Source: Planctomycetota bacterium (GTDB lineage: Bacteria; Planctomycetota; Phycisphaerae; WQYP01). Taken from it: a stretch of DNA of 64,000 bases. Under the pieces are notes generated by a model. That model searched no databases, was not told where the DNA came from, and saw only the letters and a program-made list of their open reading frames with translations. The translations under genes were made by a program, and so were the position numbers. Shown here piece by piece: positions 16,955-27,284 of the stretch; the stretch's first letter is position 1, and each line of letters opens with the position of its first letter. The DNA is taken from NCBI GenBank assembly GCA_021785435.1, contig JAJYFE010000001.1:9497-73496 (forward strand), written 5' to 3'.

Positions 16955-18670
16955 TTACGGTGAACGTCCGCCGTCCGGCCAGCGGCGCAGCCAGGCCGGA
17001 CCGATCGGCTTGATCGGAACAGCGCCCGGCGCCTGGACGCTGAGGCGTTGGAGAATGGAGCCTTCCTGCAGATAAAGCTGCGCCTCGGCATCCAGAAAAC
17101 TGACCACAGCCTGGACTTCGGCTAATTGAGCGGCGAGTAAATTATTTTGCGCCAGCGCCACCTGCAGGGAAGTGGTGGTTCCCGCCTGGAATTGGGCGGT
17201 GGTGGCACGCAGAGCTTCGGCCTGGGCGCGGCGGGTGGCCCGGGTGGCCACGATTTCCTGGCGGGCCGTTTGCATTTGGATGTAGGCGGTGCGGACGCTC
17301 AGTTCCACTGTGCGCACCAAATTGGCCAGGGCGGCTTCGTCCGCATCGCGTCCCAATTCCGCGCTCTGATAGTTGGCCTCGGCGGTGCGATTAAAAATCG
17401 GATGACTGAACTGCAGGCCGCCAAACACCGAATAGCCGCCAGCCACGGCCAAATTGGATACCGACCGCGAAAACGCGGCCGAGTAACCGGTTTGGCCGAG
17501 GGTAAGGAACAGGTCTAATTTGGGCAGCAAGCCGTCGCGGGTCTGCACGACTTGCAGTTGGCCGTCTTCAATCTGGAGGCGGGCTTCATTCAGCAGCGGG
17601 CTCAGGCGCAAGGCCAGGGCGGCATGCGCCGACAGGCGCGCCGAAACGTGGGGCTTAGGGGCGCGGGGTTGGTTGAGCAGATGGATTTGGCCGGTCCAAA
17701 ATTTTCCGCCGGCAGGAATAATCAAACTCAGCAGCGTCAGACGGGCGATACGCAGTTCGCCCTGGGCGGCGATGAGCTGCTCGCGATTCGTGGCCACCTC
17801 CGCCGCGGCGGCGGGCAGTTCGGAGGCCGCCGTGCGACCTACCCGTATGAGTTCCCGCGTCTGATGTTCCTGTTCCTTGGCCACGGTAACGGCACGGCGC
17901 AAAATCGCCACGTTCTGGCGGGCTTGGGCGTAGGCCCAATAGGCTTGCACCACCTGGTAGGTGATGGATTGGGCCACGCCCCGCAACTCATAATCGGAAA
18001 TGCGTCGGCCGATCTGGGCCTCACGAATGGCAGCCAGATTAACCCGCAAGCTGGCGCCTTGCAGCAGGGCCTGGGTCACCGTCAGGGAAGCACCTGTGCT
18101 GACGCTTTGGCCGGCGCCGGAGCCTTCCATGTCGCTGAAGTTGGTATTAACGCCGGCCTGGATGCTCGTTCCAGTGGGCAGGTTTTCGGCGACGCCGGCC
18201 TGGGCGGCTTCCGTGTCGGAGGCTCCGCTGCCCGGGAGGCGGCTTTTCCCGGCGGTGGCTTGGGCCGTTAACACCGGATCAAAGACGCCGCGCTGCGCCA
18301 CGACGGCCAGTTGGGCGATGGCGGGTGAAAATCGTTGCACCACCAGGGACGGATTGTTGGTCAATCCCATAATGACGGCCTGGTGCAACGATAATTGCAG
18401 TGGTCCGGCGGATAGTGCGGGAGGATCGGCGTTGGCCCCGGGCGGCGGATCCAGTGCGGCGGGGGCGGCGTTGCGCCTGGCGGCCGCCAGCCCCGCCTGG
18501 GTCATAATCTGATGCTCCAGCGCGGCGTGCATGTAATTTTCGTAGCCGCCGCTATGGATGGAGCCGCAGCCGGCCAGCGTGGCCAGGGCCAGGAACGCCA
18601 GCGCCCCGGCAATGCGCCGCGTCACTCCGCGGGCGCCCGTCGAACTGTTCTGAAAAGGGGGGGCGGGCAT
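16955..18670 (-). CDS. TolC-like outer-membrane efflux factor (lipoprotein signal LAGC); last gene of the MacAB-type operon
   Basis: OEP repeats; start placed at M86 (ATG 18670) giving a signal peptide plus lipobox. The upstream ORF extension is non-coding repeat sequence. Confidence 0.75.
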   Translation of the reverse strand: MPAPPFQNSSTGARGVTRRIAGALAFLALATLAGCGSIHSGGYENYMHAALEHQIMTQAGLAAARRNAAPAALDPPPGANADPPALSAGPLQLSLHQAVIMGLTNNPSLVVQRFSPAIAQLAVVAQRGVFDPVLTAQATAGKSRLPGSGASDTEAAQAGVAENLPTGTSIQAGVNTNFSDMEGSGAGQSVSTGASLTVTQALLQGASLRVNLAAIREAQIGRRISDYELRGVAQSITYQVVQAYWAYAQARQNVAILRRAVTVAKEQEHQTRELIRVGRTAASELPAAAAEVATNREQLIAAQGELRIARLTLLSLIIPAGGKFWTGQIHLLNQPRAPKPHVSARLSAHAALALRLSPLLNEARLQIEDGQLQVVQTRDGLLPKLDLFLTLGQTGYSAAFSRSVSNLAVAGGYSVFGGLQFSHPIFNRTAEANYQSAELGRDADEAALANLVRTVELSVRTAYIQMQTARQEIVATRATRRAQAEALRATTAQFQAGTTTSLQVALAQNNLLAAQLAEVQAVVSFLDAEAQLYLQEGSILQRLSVQAPGAVPIKPIGPAWLRRWPDGGRSP

Positions 18671-18902
18671 CGCGCCGCAGCGAGTCGCCCCGCGGCAGTG
18701 GGTAAACTGTGGCGACTGGCGCGCACGGGCCGGCCCGACGCCTGCGTTACAACCATTTTCATACTCCGCGGGTCGAAGACCCGCCTCTGGAAAATATCCG
18801 CGGGGGCAGGCGGAACGGCCTTGAGGACCGCGGGTGGACTTGCCATGGGGCACACCACTCCCGGTCTGCTCGCGGGGGTTATTTACGCGGGGGCGCCAGG
18901 CG

Positions 18903-20114
18903 TTACTCATGTCGCAGCGCCTCAATAGGATTCAGGCGGGCGGCCCGCCGCGCCGGATAATAGCCGAAGAAAATGCCAATGGCCGCGGAAATGGACAGCG
19001 CCAGAAGCACCATCGACGGCTCCACCCGGCCGGGCGTATGCCAGCGGGGAATATGCACGTAATGGGAGACCACGACCCCCGCCCCGGCCCCGATCAGGCC
19101 GCCCAGCAGGCTGATCAGCGCCGCTTCGACCAGGAACTGGCGCAGGATGTCGCGCTGGCGCGCCCCGATGGCTTTGCGAATGCCGATCTCGCGCGTGCGT
19201 TCCGTGACCGTCACCAGCATGATATTCATGATACCGATGCCGCCGACCAGCAGGGCGATACCCGCCACGGAGCCGAGAAACCAGGTAATGGTTCCGCCGA
19301 TGCGGTTGGCGATCTGAATAATCCGTATCTGGTTGGAGATCCAGAAATCATCGGTATCCCCGGCGATGAGATCGTGGCGTTGGCGCAACCGATGTTCGCA
19401 GGCGATCTGGACGCGCTGCAGATCCGCCATGTGATCGACCTGGATGCTGATATTGTTGAGCGCCACCGTGCGGCCGAACAAATCGGTCATGGCGGTGGTA
19501 TAAGGAATAAGAATCTGATTATCGGGATCATACCAGCCCTGACGGCCCTTGGCCACCAGCACCCCAATCACCTGGAAACGTACGGTTCCCACCGTGATTT
19601 TCCGGCCCAGGGGGTCCATGGATCCAAACAGGCGGGAGGCGGTTTCCGGACCAATCACCGCCACGGAAGCCAGGTCCCGCACGTCGAAGTCATTGATATT
19701 CCGGCCGTTTTGAATCTGAAAATTATGGATTTTCAGCCAGGTGGGCGCGATGCCGATGACATTACAGCGGGTAAAATCGGCCTCCCACTTGACGGGTTCA
19801 AACTGGGCGACCACCGGCGAGACACGCTTGACCCCGCGAATGCCAAGGATGGACCGGGCGTCGCCCAGGGTTAACGGTAAAGGCTGCCCGTTGAGCACCG
19901 GAGGAATCGTGGGACTATGCGGGAAAATCATGATGGTGTTTTTGCCCATGCGGGAGATCCGATTCAGGATGCTTTGCCGTACACCATTGCCCAGGGCCAT
20001 CATGGCGACCACGGCCGCCACGCCGATAATCATACCCAGCATGGTCAGGATGGCCCGCAACTTGTTCGCCAACATGCTGCGCAAAGCCAACTTGATGGTA
20101 GTCCACAAAAGCAT
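18903..20114 (-). CDS. ABC transporter permease (MacB/FtsX family)
   Basis: MacB_PCD and FtsX C-terminal 4-TM architecture; operon context with the ATPase and HlyD. Confidence 0.85.
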   Translation of the reverse strand: MLLWTTIKLALRSMLANKLRAILTMLGMIIGVAAVVAMMALGNGVRQSILNRISRMGKNTIMIFPHSPTIPPVLNGQPLPLTLGDARSILGIRGVKRVSPVVAQFEPVKWEADFTRCNVIGIAPTWLKIHNFQIQNGRNINDFDVRDLASVAVIGPETASRLFGSMDPLGRKITVGTVRFQVIGVLVAKGRQGWYDPDNQILIPYTTAMTDLFGRTVALNNISIQVDHMADLQRVQIACEHRLRQRHDLIAGDTDDFWISNQIRIIQIANRIGGTITWFLGSVAGIALLVGGIGIMNIMLVTVTERTREIGIRKAIGARQRDILRQFLVEAALISLLGGLIGAGAGVVVSHYVHIPRWHTPGRVEPSMVLLALSISAAIGIFFGYYPARRAARLNPIEALRHE

Positions 20115-20124
20115 GGCCGGCCCT

Positions 20125-21474
20125 TTAATGCTTCCAGGGTGTCCACATGGTATCCGCTCCCCCCAGATGCACCTGAACCTTCTGGCCTTCTTTTAAGCCG
20201 CTGATAACCTGCCAGTCGGTGTCGTTGCGCTGACCGAGGGTGACGGTAGTGGTTACGGCATCCCCGTCCGGCTTAATCACGGTGACGGTATCCAGCCCGT
20301 TCTGGACCACCACCGCCTGCAACGGAAGGTACAGCACGTTGTGGAGCGTGTCGGCGAAAATATCCACATCCGCGGTCATGCCGGGGCGGAGCCACTTTTT
20401 TTCCTTTCCCAACACCTCGATTTTCGCCTCAAAGGTGACCATGTTGGTGGCGCTGGCGTTGGCCGAGTTACTGTTGCTGTTTTGATCCTGGATGGAAACG
20501 GGAAATATGCTTTCCACGCGACCGTGGAAGACCTTGCCGGGCGCCCCCGGCGCCGTGACGCGCACGAAGTCGCCCCGGTGCAGGTGATTGATGTCACTTT
20601 CATTGATGGTGGCGTTGACAAAAATATGGGACAGATCCACGAGGGTCATAACCACCGTACCGCCGCCGACGTTGGTCACGGCGGAAGCGATGATCTGCCC
20701 GGGCTGGACCTGCTTATTGGAGACGACACCATTGATCGGCGCGTGGACGGTGGTGTAAGAAAGATTGGTTTCCGCCTGCCCGAGACTGGCTTGCTTGCTT
20801 TCGACGGCGACCTGGTCGGACTGGACGTTCAGTTTCTGGAGTTGAACCTGCAAAGCCTGCGTTTTCAGCTGGGCGATTTGAATCTGGTCCCTTTTTTCGG
20901 CCTGCTGGTCCTGGATCAGCGTGGTCTTGTCATTGTCATAGGTCTGTTGGGGAAGCACATTTTTTTGCAGCAGGGCTAGATCCCGCTGGACATTCAGGCG
21001 ATCGTTGGCGACCTGGGCCTGGGCGGAGAGCAGGTTGGCGGCGTCGGTCTGTCGCGCGATTTCGAGATTCTCCCGGGCGATCCGATAATTCAGCTGGGCC
21101 GTTTGCAAGGCGAGTTGAGCTTGGGCCAGGTCTTGTTGGGCGATCGCCACGGCCTGCTTTTCCAGCGTCGGATCCACTTGGAGCACCACCTGTCCTTTTT
21201 TCACGATGTCGCCGATATGAAAGGGCATTTTCAGAATCTCGCCGCCCGCCAGGCACTTAATATCCACCGTCCGGTTGGCCTGCACGGTTCCCGTGGCGTA
21301 AACGTGCACCGCCAGGGTTCCTTTCCTGACCCGGGCGGTGGCGAGCTTGGCGGCCGGAGCATCGGTGGCATGGTAATGGTGGTACGCCGCGATACCGGCG
21401 CCTGCCGCCGCCAACACCACCAAGCCACTGACTATCCACTTTTTATTCATTAGCGCCTTCCGGACTTCCAGCAC
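20125..21474 (-). CDS. Efflux periplasmic adaptor (HlyD/MacA family membrane fusion protein)
   Basis: N-terminal TM, long coiled-coil and beta-barrel/MPD domains typical of MacA. Confidence 0.85.
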   Translation of the reverse strand: MLEVRKALMNKKWIVSGLVVLAAAGAGIAAYHHYHATDAPAAKLATARVRKGTLAVHVYATGTVQANRTVDIKCLAGGEILKMPFHIGDIVKKGQVVLQVDPTLEKQAVAIAQQDLAQAQLALQTAQLNYRIARENLEIARQTDAANLLSAQAQVANDRLNVQRDLALLQKNVLPQQTYDNDKTTLIQDQQAEKRDQIQIAQLKTQALQVQLQKLNVQSDQVAVESKQASLGQAETNLSYTTVHAPINGVVSNKQVQPGQIIASAVTNVGGGTVVMTLVDLSHIFVNATINESDINHLHRGDFVRVTAPGAPGKVFHGRVESIFPVSIQDQNSNSNSANASATNMVTFEAKIEVLGKEKKWLRPGMTADVDIFADTLHNVLYLPLQAVVVQNGLDTVTVIKPDGDAVTTTVTLGQRNDTDWQVISGLKEGQKVQVHLGGADTMWTPWKH

Positions 21475-22263
21475 CTAAAACCTGGAACCTAGAACCTCAG
21501 CCTCTACGTCGCCGTGCCCATTCAGGCTCGCTTCCGCGGCGCCGGCGCGCGCGACCGGGTTGTGCCGCACCGTCGCCACGATCTTACCATCGCTGATCCG
21601 CACTTCGCCCCGGCAGTGTCGCGCCACCGACGGGTCGTGCGTGACAATAATGATAGTCCGCCCCTGCGCGTTGAGGCTGTGAAAAAGCTCCATAATTTCC
21701 CCGCCCGCGTGGGAATCCAAGTTCCCGGTTGGCTCATCGGCCAGAATAATCGCCGGGTTCGTCACCATGGCCCGGGCGATGGCCACGCGCTGCAACTGTC
21801 CGCCGGAGAGCTGATTGGTCTCATGGTGCAAACGATTGCCCAGACCTACGCTTTCCAAGGCCTTACGCGCGACGGTTTTAGCGTCCCGATGCGCCGAATA
21901 CAGCAGCGGCAACTCCACGTTCTCCAACGCCGACAACCGCGGCAGCAGATTGAAATTTTGAAATACAAAGCCAATTTTTCGATTGCGGATCGCAGCCAGG
22001 CGGTCCCCGGAAAGTTTCGCCACATCATCACCATCCAGTAGATAGGTTCCCGCATCCGGGCTGTCCAGGCAGCCGAGGATATTCATCAGGGTGGATTTAC
22101 CGCTTCCGGAGGGACCGGTGATCGCCAGCATTTCGCCCCGGCGAACCTGCACGCTGACCGCATCCAGCGCCCGCACTTCAGAATCGCCGATAGAATAGCG
22201 TTTTTCGAGGCCGTAGGCTTGAATTACATGGTCGTCGGCATGGTCCGGCTGGTCAGTCATCAC
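21475..22263 (-). CDS. ABC transporter ATP-binding protein (MacB-type ATPase subunit)
   Basis: Walker [10 protein letters not shown], signature [15 protein letters not shown], Walker [12 protein letters not shown]. Confidence 0.9.
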   Translation of the reverse strand: MMTDQPDHADDHVIQAYGLEKRYSIGDSEVRALDAVSVQVRRGEMLAITGPSGSGKSTLMNILGCLDSPDAGTYLLDGDDVAKLSGDRLAAIRNRKIGFVFQNFNLLPRLSALENVELPLLYSAHRDAKTVARKALESVGLGNRLHHETNQLSGGQLQRVAIARAMVTNPAIILADEPTGNLDSHAGGEIMELFHSLNAQGRTIIIVTHDPSVARHCRGEVRISDGKIVATVRHNPVARAGAAEASLNGHGDVEAEVLGSRF

Positions 22264-22418
22264 GCGTCCATGGTCGCTGATTTAAAGGGTAAAAACAAGC
22301 GCCCTATTTACCAACGCACCTTGGCGCCGCAAGTTGCACCACACCACCCGGGATTGAGGCCTTCAAAAGAACGCTTTATTATTGGTTCATCGGAGAATTT
22401 TTACGTAGGAGCCGGCGA

Positions 22419-23696
22419 ATGGCAAGAAAGCAGGCTGAGATAGCAGACCGATTGCGCCGGATGCGGTGGTGGCGGGACGCTCGGTTTGGAATGTTTGTCC
22501 ACTGGGGTCTCTATTCCCAGATGGGCCGGCACGAATGGGTGATGAACCGGGAACGAATACCGCGGCGCGAATACGAGCGGTACGCCGCGACGTGGAAACC
22601 GCAGCCGCGTCCAATGCGGCAGTGGGCGAGGCTGGCCCGCCAAGCGGGGATGAAATATATGGTCCTGACGACCAAGCATCACGAAGGCTTCTGCCTGTGG
22701 GATTCCCAGGCTACGGACTATAACGCGGCGCGGTGTGGACCGGGGCGCGATCTGGTGCGGGAATATGTCGAAGCTTGCCGGGAATTCGATCTAAAGATCG
22801 GGCTCTACTACTCGCTGATGGATTGGCACCATCCCGACGGGGCGCGATGCGCCGCTGATGTGGCGGCTCGTCGCCGTTTCTGCGCTTACACGCAGACGCT
22901 GGTGCGCGAACTGCTCACCAACTATGGCCGTATCGATATTCTCTGGTATGATGTACCTTGGCCGCTTAAAACGCCAGCGCTCTGGGAGAGCGCGAAAATG
23001 AACGCGATGGTGCGGCGGCTCCAGCCACATATAATCATCAATAACCGTTCCCAGTTGCCGGAAGACTTTGACACACCGGAAGAGCAGGTTGCGCCTCAGC
23101 CAGCCCAGGATGGCCGCGGCTGGGAGGCGTGCATGACCTACAACGGCTCGTGGGGCTACATGCCCAGCGCGATCGACTGGCGCAGCAATCGGGAGGTGCT
23201 TGAGATGCTGCGGACGTGCACCGCGTACGACGGCAATTTACTGCTGAACGTCGGGCCGAAGGCGGATGGCACCGTGCCCGAGGAAGCCCGCTGGCGCCTG
23301 AGCGCCCTTGGCCGATGGATCGACACTCACGCTGAAGCCCTTTACGGTCCCGTTACTCGCGTGGATACCACCCAGGTCGAGTGGATGCCGACGGGTAGCT
23401 GGAGCCTGAAAGATGCCGGCTGCACCGCATATTTCTGGTGTCGGCATTGGCCTGGCAATGGCGAACTGGTATTAGGTGGCATTCGCAGCAAAATCCGTCA
23501 CATCGCCAACGTGACGCGGGGTCTGCCGGTGGCATTCACCCAAAGCGGTGCGCGCACGGTGCTCACCGGTCTGCCGCGCCGCTGCCCGGATCCGCTCGCG
23601 GGGGTAACCATCTTCAAGCTGGTGTGCGACGGAAAATTCCGCCAGGTGCTTGGCCCCGGCTGTGTAGTCCTGCGCGATCGGGCCAGGCGTTCCTAG
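22419..23696 (+). CDS. Alpha-L-fucosidase (GH29)
   Basis: GH29 N-terminal block RFGMFVHWGLYS...KYMVLTTKHHEGFCLWDS...GLYYSLMDWHHP. Confidence 0.85.
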   Translation: MARKQAEIADRLRRMRWWRDARFGMFVHWGLYSQMGRHEWVMNRERIPRREYERYAATWKPQPRPMRQWARLARQAGMKYMVLTTKHHEGFCLWDSQATDYNAARCGPGRDLVREYVEACREFDLKIGLYYSLMDWHHPDGARCAADVAARRRFCAYTQTLVRELLTNYGRIDILWYDVPWPLKTPALWESAKMNAMVRRLQPHIIINNRSQLPEDFDTPEEQVAPQPAQDGRGWEACMTYNGSWGYMPSAIDWRSNREVLEMLRTCTAYDGNLLLNVGPKADGTVPEEARWRLSALGRWIDTHAEALYGPVTRVDTTQVEWMPTGSWSLKDAGCTAYFWCRHWPGNGELVLGGIRSKIRHIANVTRGLPVAFTQSGARTVLTGLPRRCPDPLAGVTIFKLVCDGKFRQVLGPGCVVLRDRARRS

Positions 23697-24007
23697 CCCG
23701 GCGCCGTGTTTTGAACAGCCATCACCCCTGCCGGCAAACCGGCGGTTGTATGCCAATTCGAAACTCTACGGCTGATAAATCGGCGTCCCTATCTGCGACG
23801 CGTTGCCCCGGTCCCATATAGCCGCCGACTTGTCGGCGGTGGTATCTGCGTTGAATACACGCCCCCCCTTTTTTACCCCGCCGCCGGGTTCGTGCCGGCA
23901 CCCCAGCGCCGGCAAACCGGCGGTTGTATAAAAGCGGCCATCCGCGCCGTCCACCGCCACTTCCATCGCCGCCCACCGTTCCCGGCGCGCACCGCCGGAT
24001 GGCTCGA

Positions 24008-24883
24008 TCACAGGGGGCGGGTAGTGACCCGGTATCGGCGCGGCGAAACGCCCATGTGGCGGCGAAAGAAGCGGGAAAAGTAATAAGGGTCTTCCAGGCC
24101 GATCCGATGGGCAATGCGGTGGATCGGTAAAGGGCTGGAGCGCAGCAGATGGCGGGCGCGCTCCAGGCGCAGGCGGGCGAGCCAGGCCGCGGGCGAGGTT
24201 CGCATTTCGCGACGGAACAAACGGGCCAGGGTGGCGCGGCTGCATCCAGCGGCGCTAGCGAGCCGTGCAATATTGAGTGGCTCGGCCAGGTGTAGAGCGG
24301 CATACTGGCGGGCGGCTTGCAGGCGTGGCGACGCGGGAGTGGAAGAAACCTGGGCGATAACGCGCTGGATTTCCTCCACCAGCAGGGCCGCCAAGTTGCG
24401 CATGGCCGGCACATCCCCGGCGGTCGGCCGGGCCGTGTTAAACCGGGCGACAAGGTATTCCGCAAGAGCGATCAGACTTTCCGCGTGGCTTACATCCCCC
24501 TGCAGGATTTGGTTATCCCAGTCGGCCAGGGGTGCGTCCCGCCGGGTGGGCAGGTTGCTTAAGGGGCTTTCATTGGCGTGGGCTACATCAAAAATCACCG
24601 CCGCGGCCGGGTCGTGCCGCGGAATCCAATGGACGCCGGCGAGCAGAAAGGGAGCCTGGGCATGGGCCTGATAAACCATGGGGGTGCCCCACGGCAACAG
24701 AAGCCAGCGACCGGGTATCAGATCGAACCCGGGGCCATGCGTTTTCAACGTGCCGGCGCCGTGGCGACACCAGAGCAGCATCCGGCTTTGCCGCCGGGTC
24801 TGAACGATGCGTTGTCCGGGCGCGAACTGCACCCAGTTGGCCCAGACCACGACGGGCGGCCAGGATTGGACTTTACGGGGCAT
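24008..24883 (-). CDS. AraC-family transcriptional regulator (cupin sensor plus C-terminal HTH)
   Basis: C-terminal AraC HTH (IARLASAAGCSRATLARLFRREMRTSPAAWL...IHRIAHRIGLEDPYYFSRFFRRHMGVSP). Confidence 0.8.
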   Translation of the reverse strand: MPRKVQSWPPVVVWANWVQFAPGQRIVQTRRQSRMLLWCRHGAGTLKTHGPGFDLIPGRWLLLPWGTPMVYQAHAQAPFLLAGVHWIPRHDPAAAVIFDVAHANESPLSNLPTRRDAPLADWDNQILQGDVSHAESLIALAEYLVARFNTARPTAGDVPAMRNLAALLVEEIQRVIAQVSSTPASPRLQAARQYAALHLAEPLNIARLASAAGCSRATLARLFRREMRTSPAAWLARLRLERARHLLRSSPLPIHRIAHRIGLEDPYYFSRFFRRHMGVSPRRYRVTTRPL

Positions 24884-24969
24884 GATTTAGAAATCCATCT
24901 TTATGCACAAAAATCCATGGAATATGCGACGATTTTACCATAATCTCAACGGTGTAGACAGGCAGGAGG

Positions 24970-25899
24970 TTGCGTCCTATGCACGAAAAATGCCAACCCT
25001 TTCTCGATTCCAGCGCGCTGCTTGGCGACGCCAAAGCCTTGCGAGCGCGCGCCCAGGAAGACGGATACCTGTTCTTGCGCGGCCTTCTGCCGGAGCCGGA
25101 GGTGCTGCAAGTGCGTGCCGATGAATTAGCGGTGGTGGAAAAGTACGGCTGGCGTCAGAGCGGCCAGGATTCGCTGGGGGGCTGGATTAACACCGCGGCA
25201 CTCTATCAGGTCCCGGAAGCGGAAATGCGCGCCGACATCGGCGTAAGCACCGCCGCCTACCATGATGTCCAAAAACTCGAAAGTATGCATCGTTTGCCGC
25301 ATCATCCGCGGCTGCTGGAGCTATACCGGGCGCTGTTTGGCGGCGAGGTGTTGGTGCACCCGCGCCATATTGCCCGCATGATTACGTCCCATCCATGTAT
25401 GACGCCCACCCCGCCCCACCAGGATTTCCCGCTGATTCAAGGAACAAAAAATACCTGGACAGCCTGGTTTCCCCTGGGGGCTTGCCCGCGCCGATTGGGG
25501 GCGTTAATGGTTTGCCGCCGCAGCCATCGGGTCGGTTATATACCCGTGGTTACAGCGAAAGGCGCCGGTGGCATTGCGGCGCAGTTGTGTCCGTATGAGC
25601 AGGATTGGGTGGCGGGGGATTTTGCGGCTGGCGACGTGTTGACGTTCCCCAGCTTAACGGTGCATCGGGCGTTGCCGTGCCGAGGCGGGGAGCAGATCCG
25701 GCTTTCCCTGGACGTGCGCTACCAGCCGCTGGCGGAAGAGGTGGAGTTTAAATCACTGTTGCCGCACTGCACGTTGTCGTGGGATGAGATTTACGCCGAT
25801 TGGCAGCGCGACGACTTGAAGTATTACTGGCGCCGCTTGCCGCTGAAGATCTCGCCTTGGGACGAGACCTTGTTGCAGCCGAAGCGGCGGATTTGTTGA
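24970..25899 (+). CDS. Phytanoyl-CoA dioxygenase (PhyH) family Fe(II)/2-oxoglutarate oxygenase
   Basis: PhyH-like HxD...H arrangement (PHQDFPLIQ...TVHRALP); divergent from the AraC regulator. Confidence 0.7.
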   Translation: MRPMHEKCQPFLDSSALLGDAKALRARAQEDGYLFLRGLLPEPEVLQVRADELAVVEKYGWRQSGQDSLGGWINTAALYQVPEAEMRADIGVSTAAYHDVQKLESMHRLPHHPRLLELYRALFGGEVLVHPRHIARMITSHPCMTPTPPHQDFPLIQGTKNTWTAWFPLGACPRRLGALMVCRRSHRVGYIPVVTAKGAGGIAAQLCPYEQDWVAGDFAAGDVLTFPSLTVHRALPCRGGEQIRLSLDVRYQPLAEEVEFKSLLPHCTLSWDEIYADWQRDDLKYYWRRLPLKISPWDETLLQPKRRIC

Positions 25900-25983
25900 A
25901 TTTTTGTAGCGCCGGATTTCCGGCCTGTGGACTCACATCGGCCGCCGGTTGGAAAGCCGGCGCTACAAGTTGGAGGTGCTAAC

Positions 25984-27090
25984 ATGGCTGCGAAAGCATT
26001 GGTGGATGCGGGGCGGCTAACTTCGCGGGAGCGGGTGCGACGGGCGTTGCGCCACCAAGAGCCGGACCGGGTTCCCTTGGATTACGGCGCCAATGCCGGG
26101 ATTGACCGGCGTTTGAAGGAACATTTCGGGCTTGCGCCGACCGACGCAGAGGGGCTGTTGCAGGCGTTAGGCGTGGATTTCCGCGGAGTCGGGGCGGCGT
26201 ATAAGGGCCAGCGGCTGCATCCGGAGCTACCCGGGCGGAACGTGGACCCCATCTGGGGGGCACGGTCGAAATGGATCGAACATCGTTCCGGGGGTTATTG
26301 GGACTTCTGTGATTTTCCCCTGGCGGACGCGGACGGTGAAACGATTGCCAACTGGCCGCTGCCGTCGCCGGACGACTTTGATTATGAAACGGTGCGCACC
26401 GGCTGCCGGCAATATGCCGACAGGTTCATCTATACCGGCGGCCCGGGGCTGGTGGATATCATGAACTCCTATGGGTTCGTGCGCGGAGTGGAGCAGCAAA
26501 TGCTGGATTTGGCGGAGGAATATGAACCGGCCCTGCGTTTGATTGATCGGCGGCTGGCACTTCTCTACGAGGTCACGCGGCGCACCCTGCAGGCCGCCGA
26601 GGGGCGGATCGACCTGGTGTGGATAGGCGAAGACTTAGGATCGCAGCGCGGCCCTTTAATCAGTCCAGGGATGTTTCGCCAGTTGCTGCGTCCGCGGCAT
26701 CAGCATTTTGTGGATTTGGCCCGGCAATATGCCACGCCGGTGATGATTCATTCCTGCGGCTCCAGCTCCTGGGCGTTTGACGATTTCGTGGAAATGGGAA
26801 TCACGGCCGTGGACACGCTGCAGCCGGAGGCGGTGAACATGGCGCCGTCCTATCTGAAATCGCGGTTTGGAGACCGCCTCATGTTCCATGGATGCATTTC
26901 CACCGCCGGGCCGGTCGCGTTCGGAACCCCGGAACAAACCGCCGAGATGGTCCGCCAGACCCTGGTGACGATGATGCCCGGCGGCGGCTATTGCTGTTCA
27001 CCGACCCACCTGTTGCAGGACAACTCGCCTTTGGCCAACGTTCTAGCGCTGTACGAGACCGCGCACCGTTTTGGTGTATACCAATGTTGA
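25984..27090 (+). CDS. Uroporphyrinogen decarboxylase (URO-D) family protein (MtaA/CmuA-like methyltransferase fold)
   Basis: URO-D family similarity (RVPLDYGAN...IHSCGSS). Start ATG 25984 follows GGAGG; the ORF extends to 25927. Confidence 0.7.
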   Translation: MAAKALVDAGRLTSRERVRRALRHQEPDRVPLDYGANAGIDRRLKEHFGLAPTDAEGLLQALGVDFRGVGAAYKGQRLHPELPGRNVDPIWGARSKWIEHRSGGYWDFCDFPLADADGETIANWPLPSPDDFDYETVRTGCRQYADRFIYTGGPGLVDIMNSYGFVRGVEQQMLDLAEEYEPALRLIDRRLALLYEVTRRTLQAAEGRIDLVWIGEDLGSQRGPLISPGMFRQLLRPRHQHFVDLARQYATPVMIHSCGSSSWAFDDFVEMGITAVDTLQPEAVNMAPSYLKSRFGDRLMFHGCISTAGPVAFGTPEQTAEMVRQTLVTMMPGGGYCCSPTHLLQDNSPLANVLALYETAHRFGVYQC

Positions 27091-27151
27091 TCCGACGCCC
27101 CGGCTCGGTCCCGACCGAGCCGGAACGAGGTGGCGGGATTTTCCGAGGCGT

Positions 27152-27179
27152 CCCGATAGCCGCCGGGACATCGGGTTTT
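27152..27179 (+). terminator. Candidate intrinsic terminator (CCCGAT-loop-ATCGGG followed by TTTT) after the URO-D-like gene
   Basis: Hairpin plus T-run seen directly; preceded by a second strong hairpin GGCTCGGTCCCGACCGAGCC at 27105. Confidence 0.4.
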
Positions 27180-27284
27180 CGACGCCCGCGCTTCCGCCCC
27201 GATGCCGCCGGAACTGCGAAATTTTTTCCTGGATCTGCTAAAGACTTTTCTCCGCTTCGGCGGCCATAATCCATCTGGAATGGT

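Noticed and set aside
17552-19874. Plus-strand ORFs (239 aa and 346 aa) over the TolC-like and MacB genes
   Set aside because: Antisense to an intact efflux operon; Gly/Arg/Ala-rich.
20341-20979. 212-aa plus-strand ORF
   Set aside because: Antisense to the HlyD/MacA adaptor.
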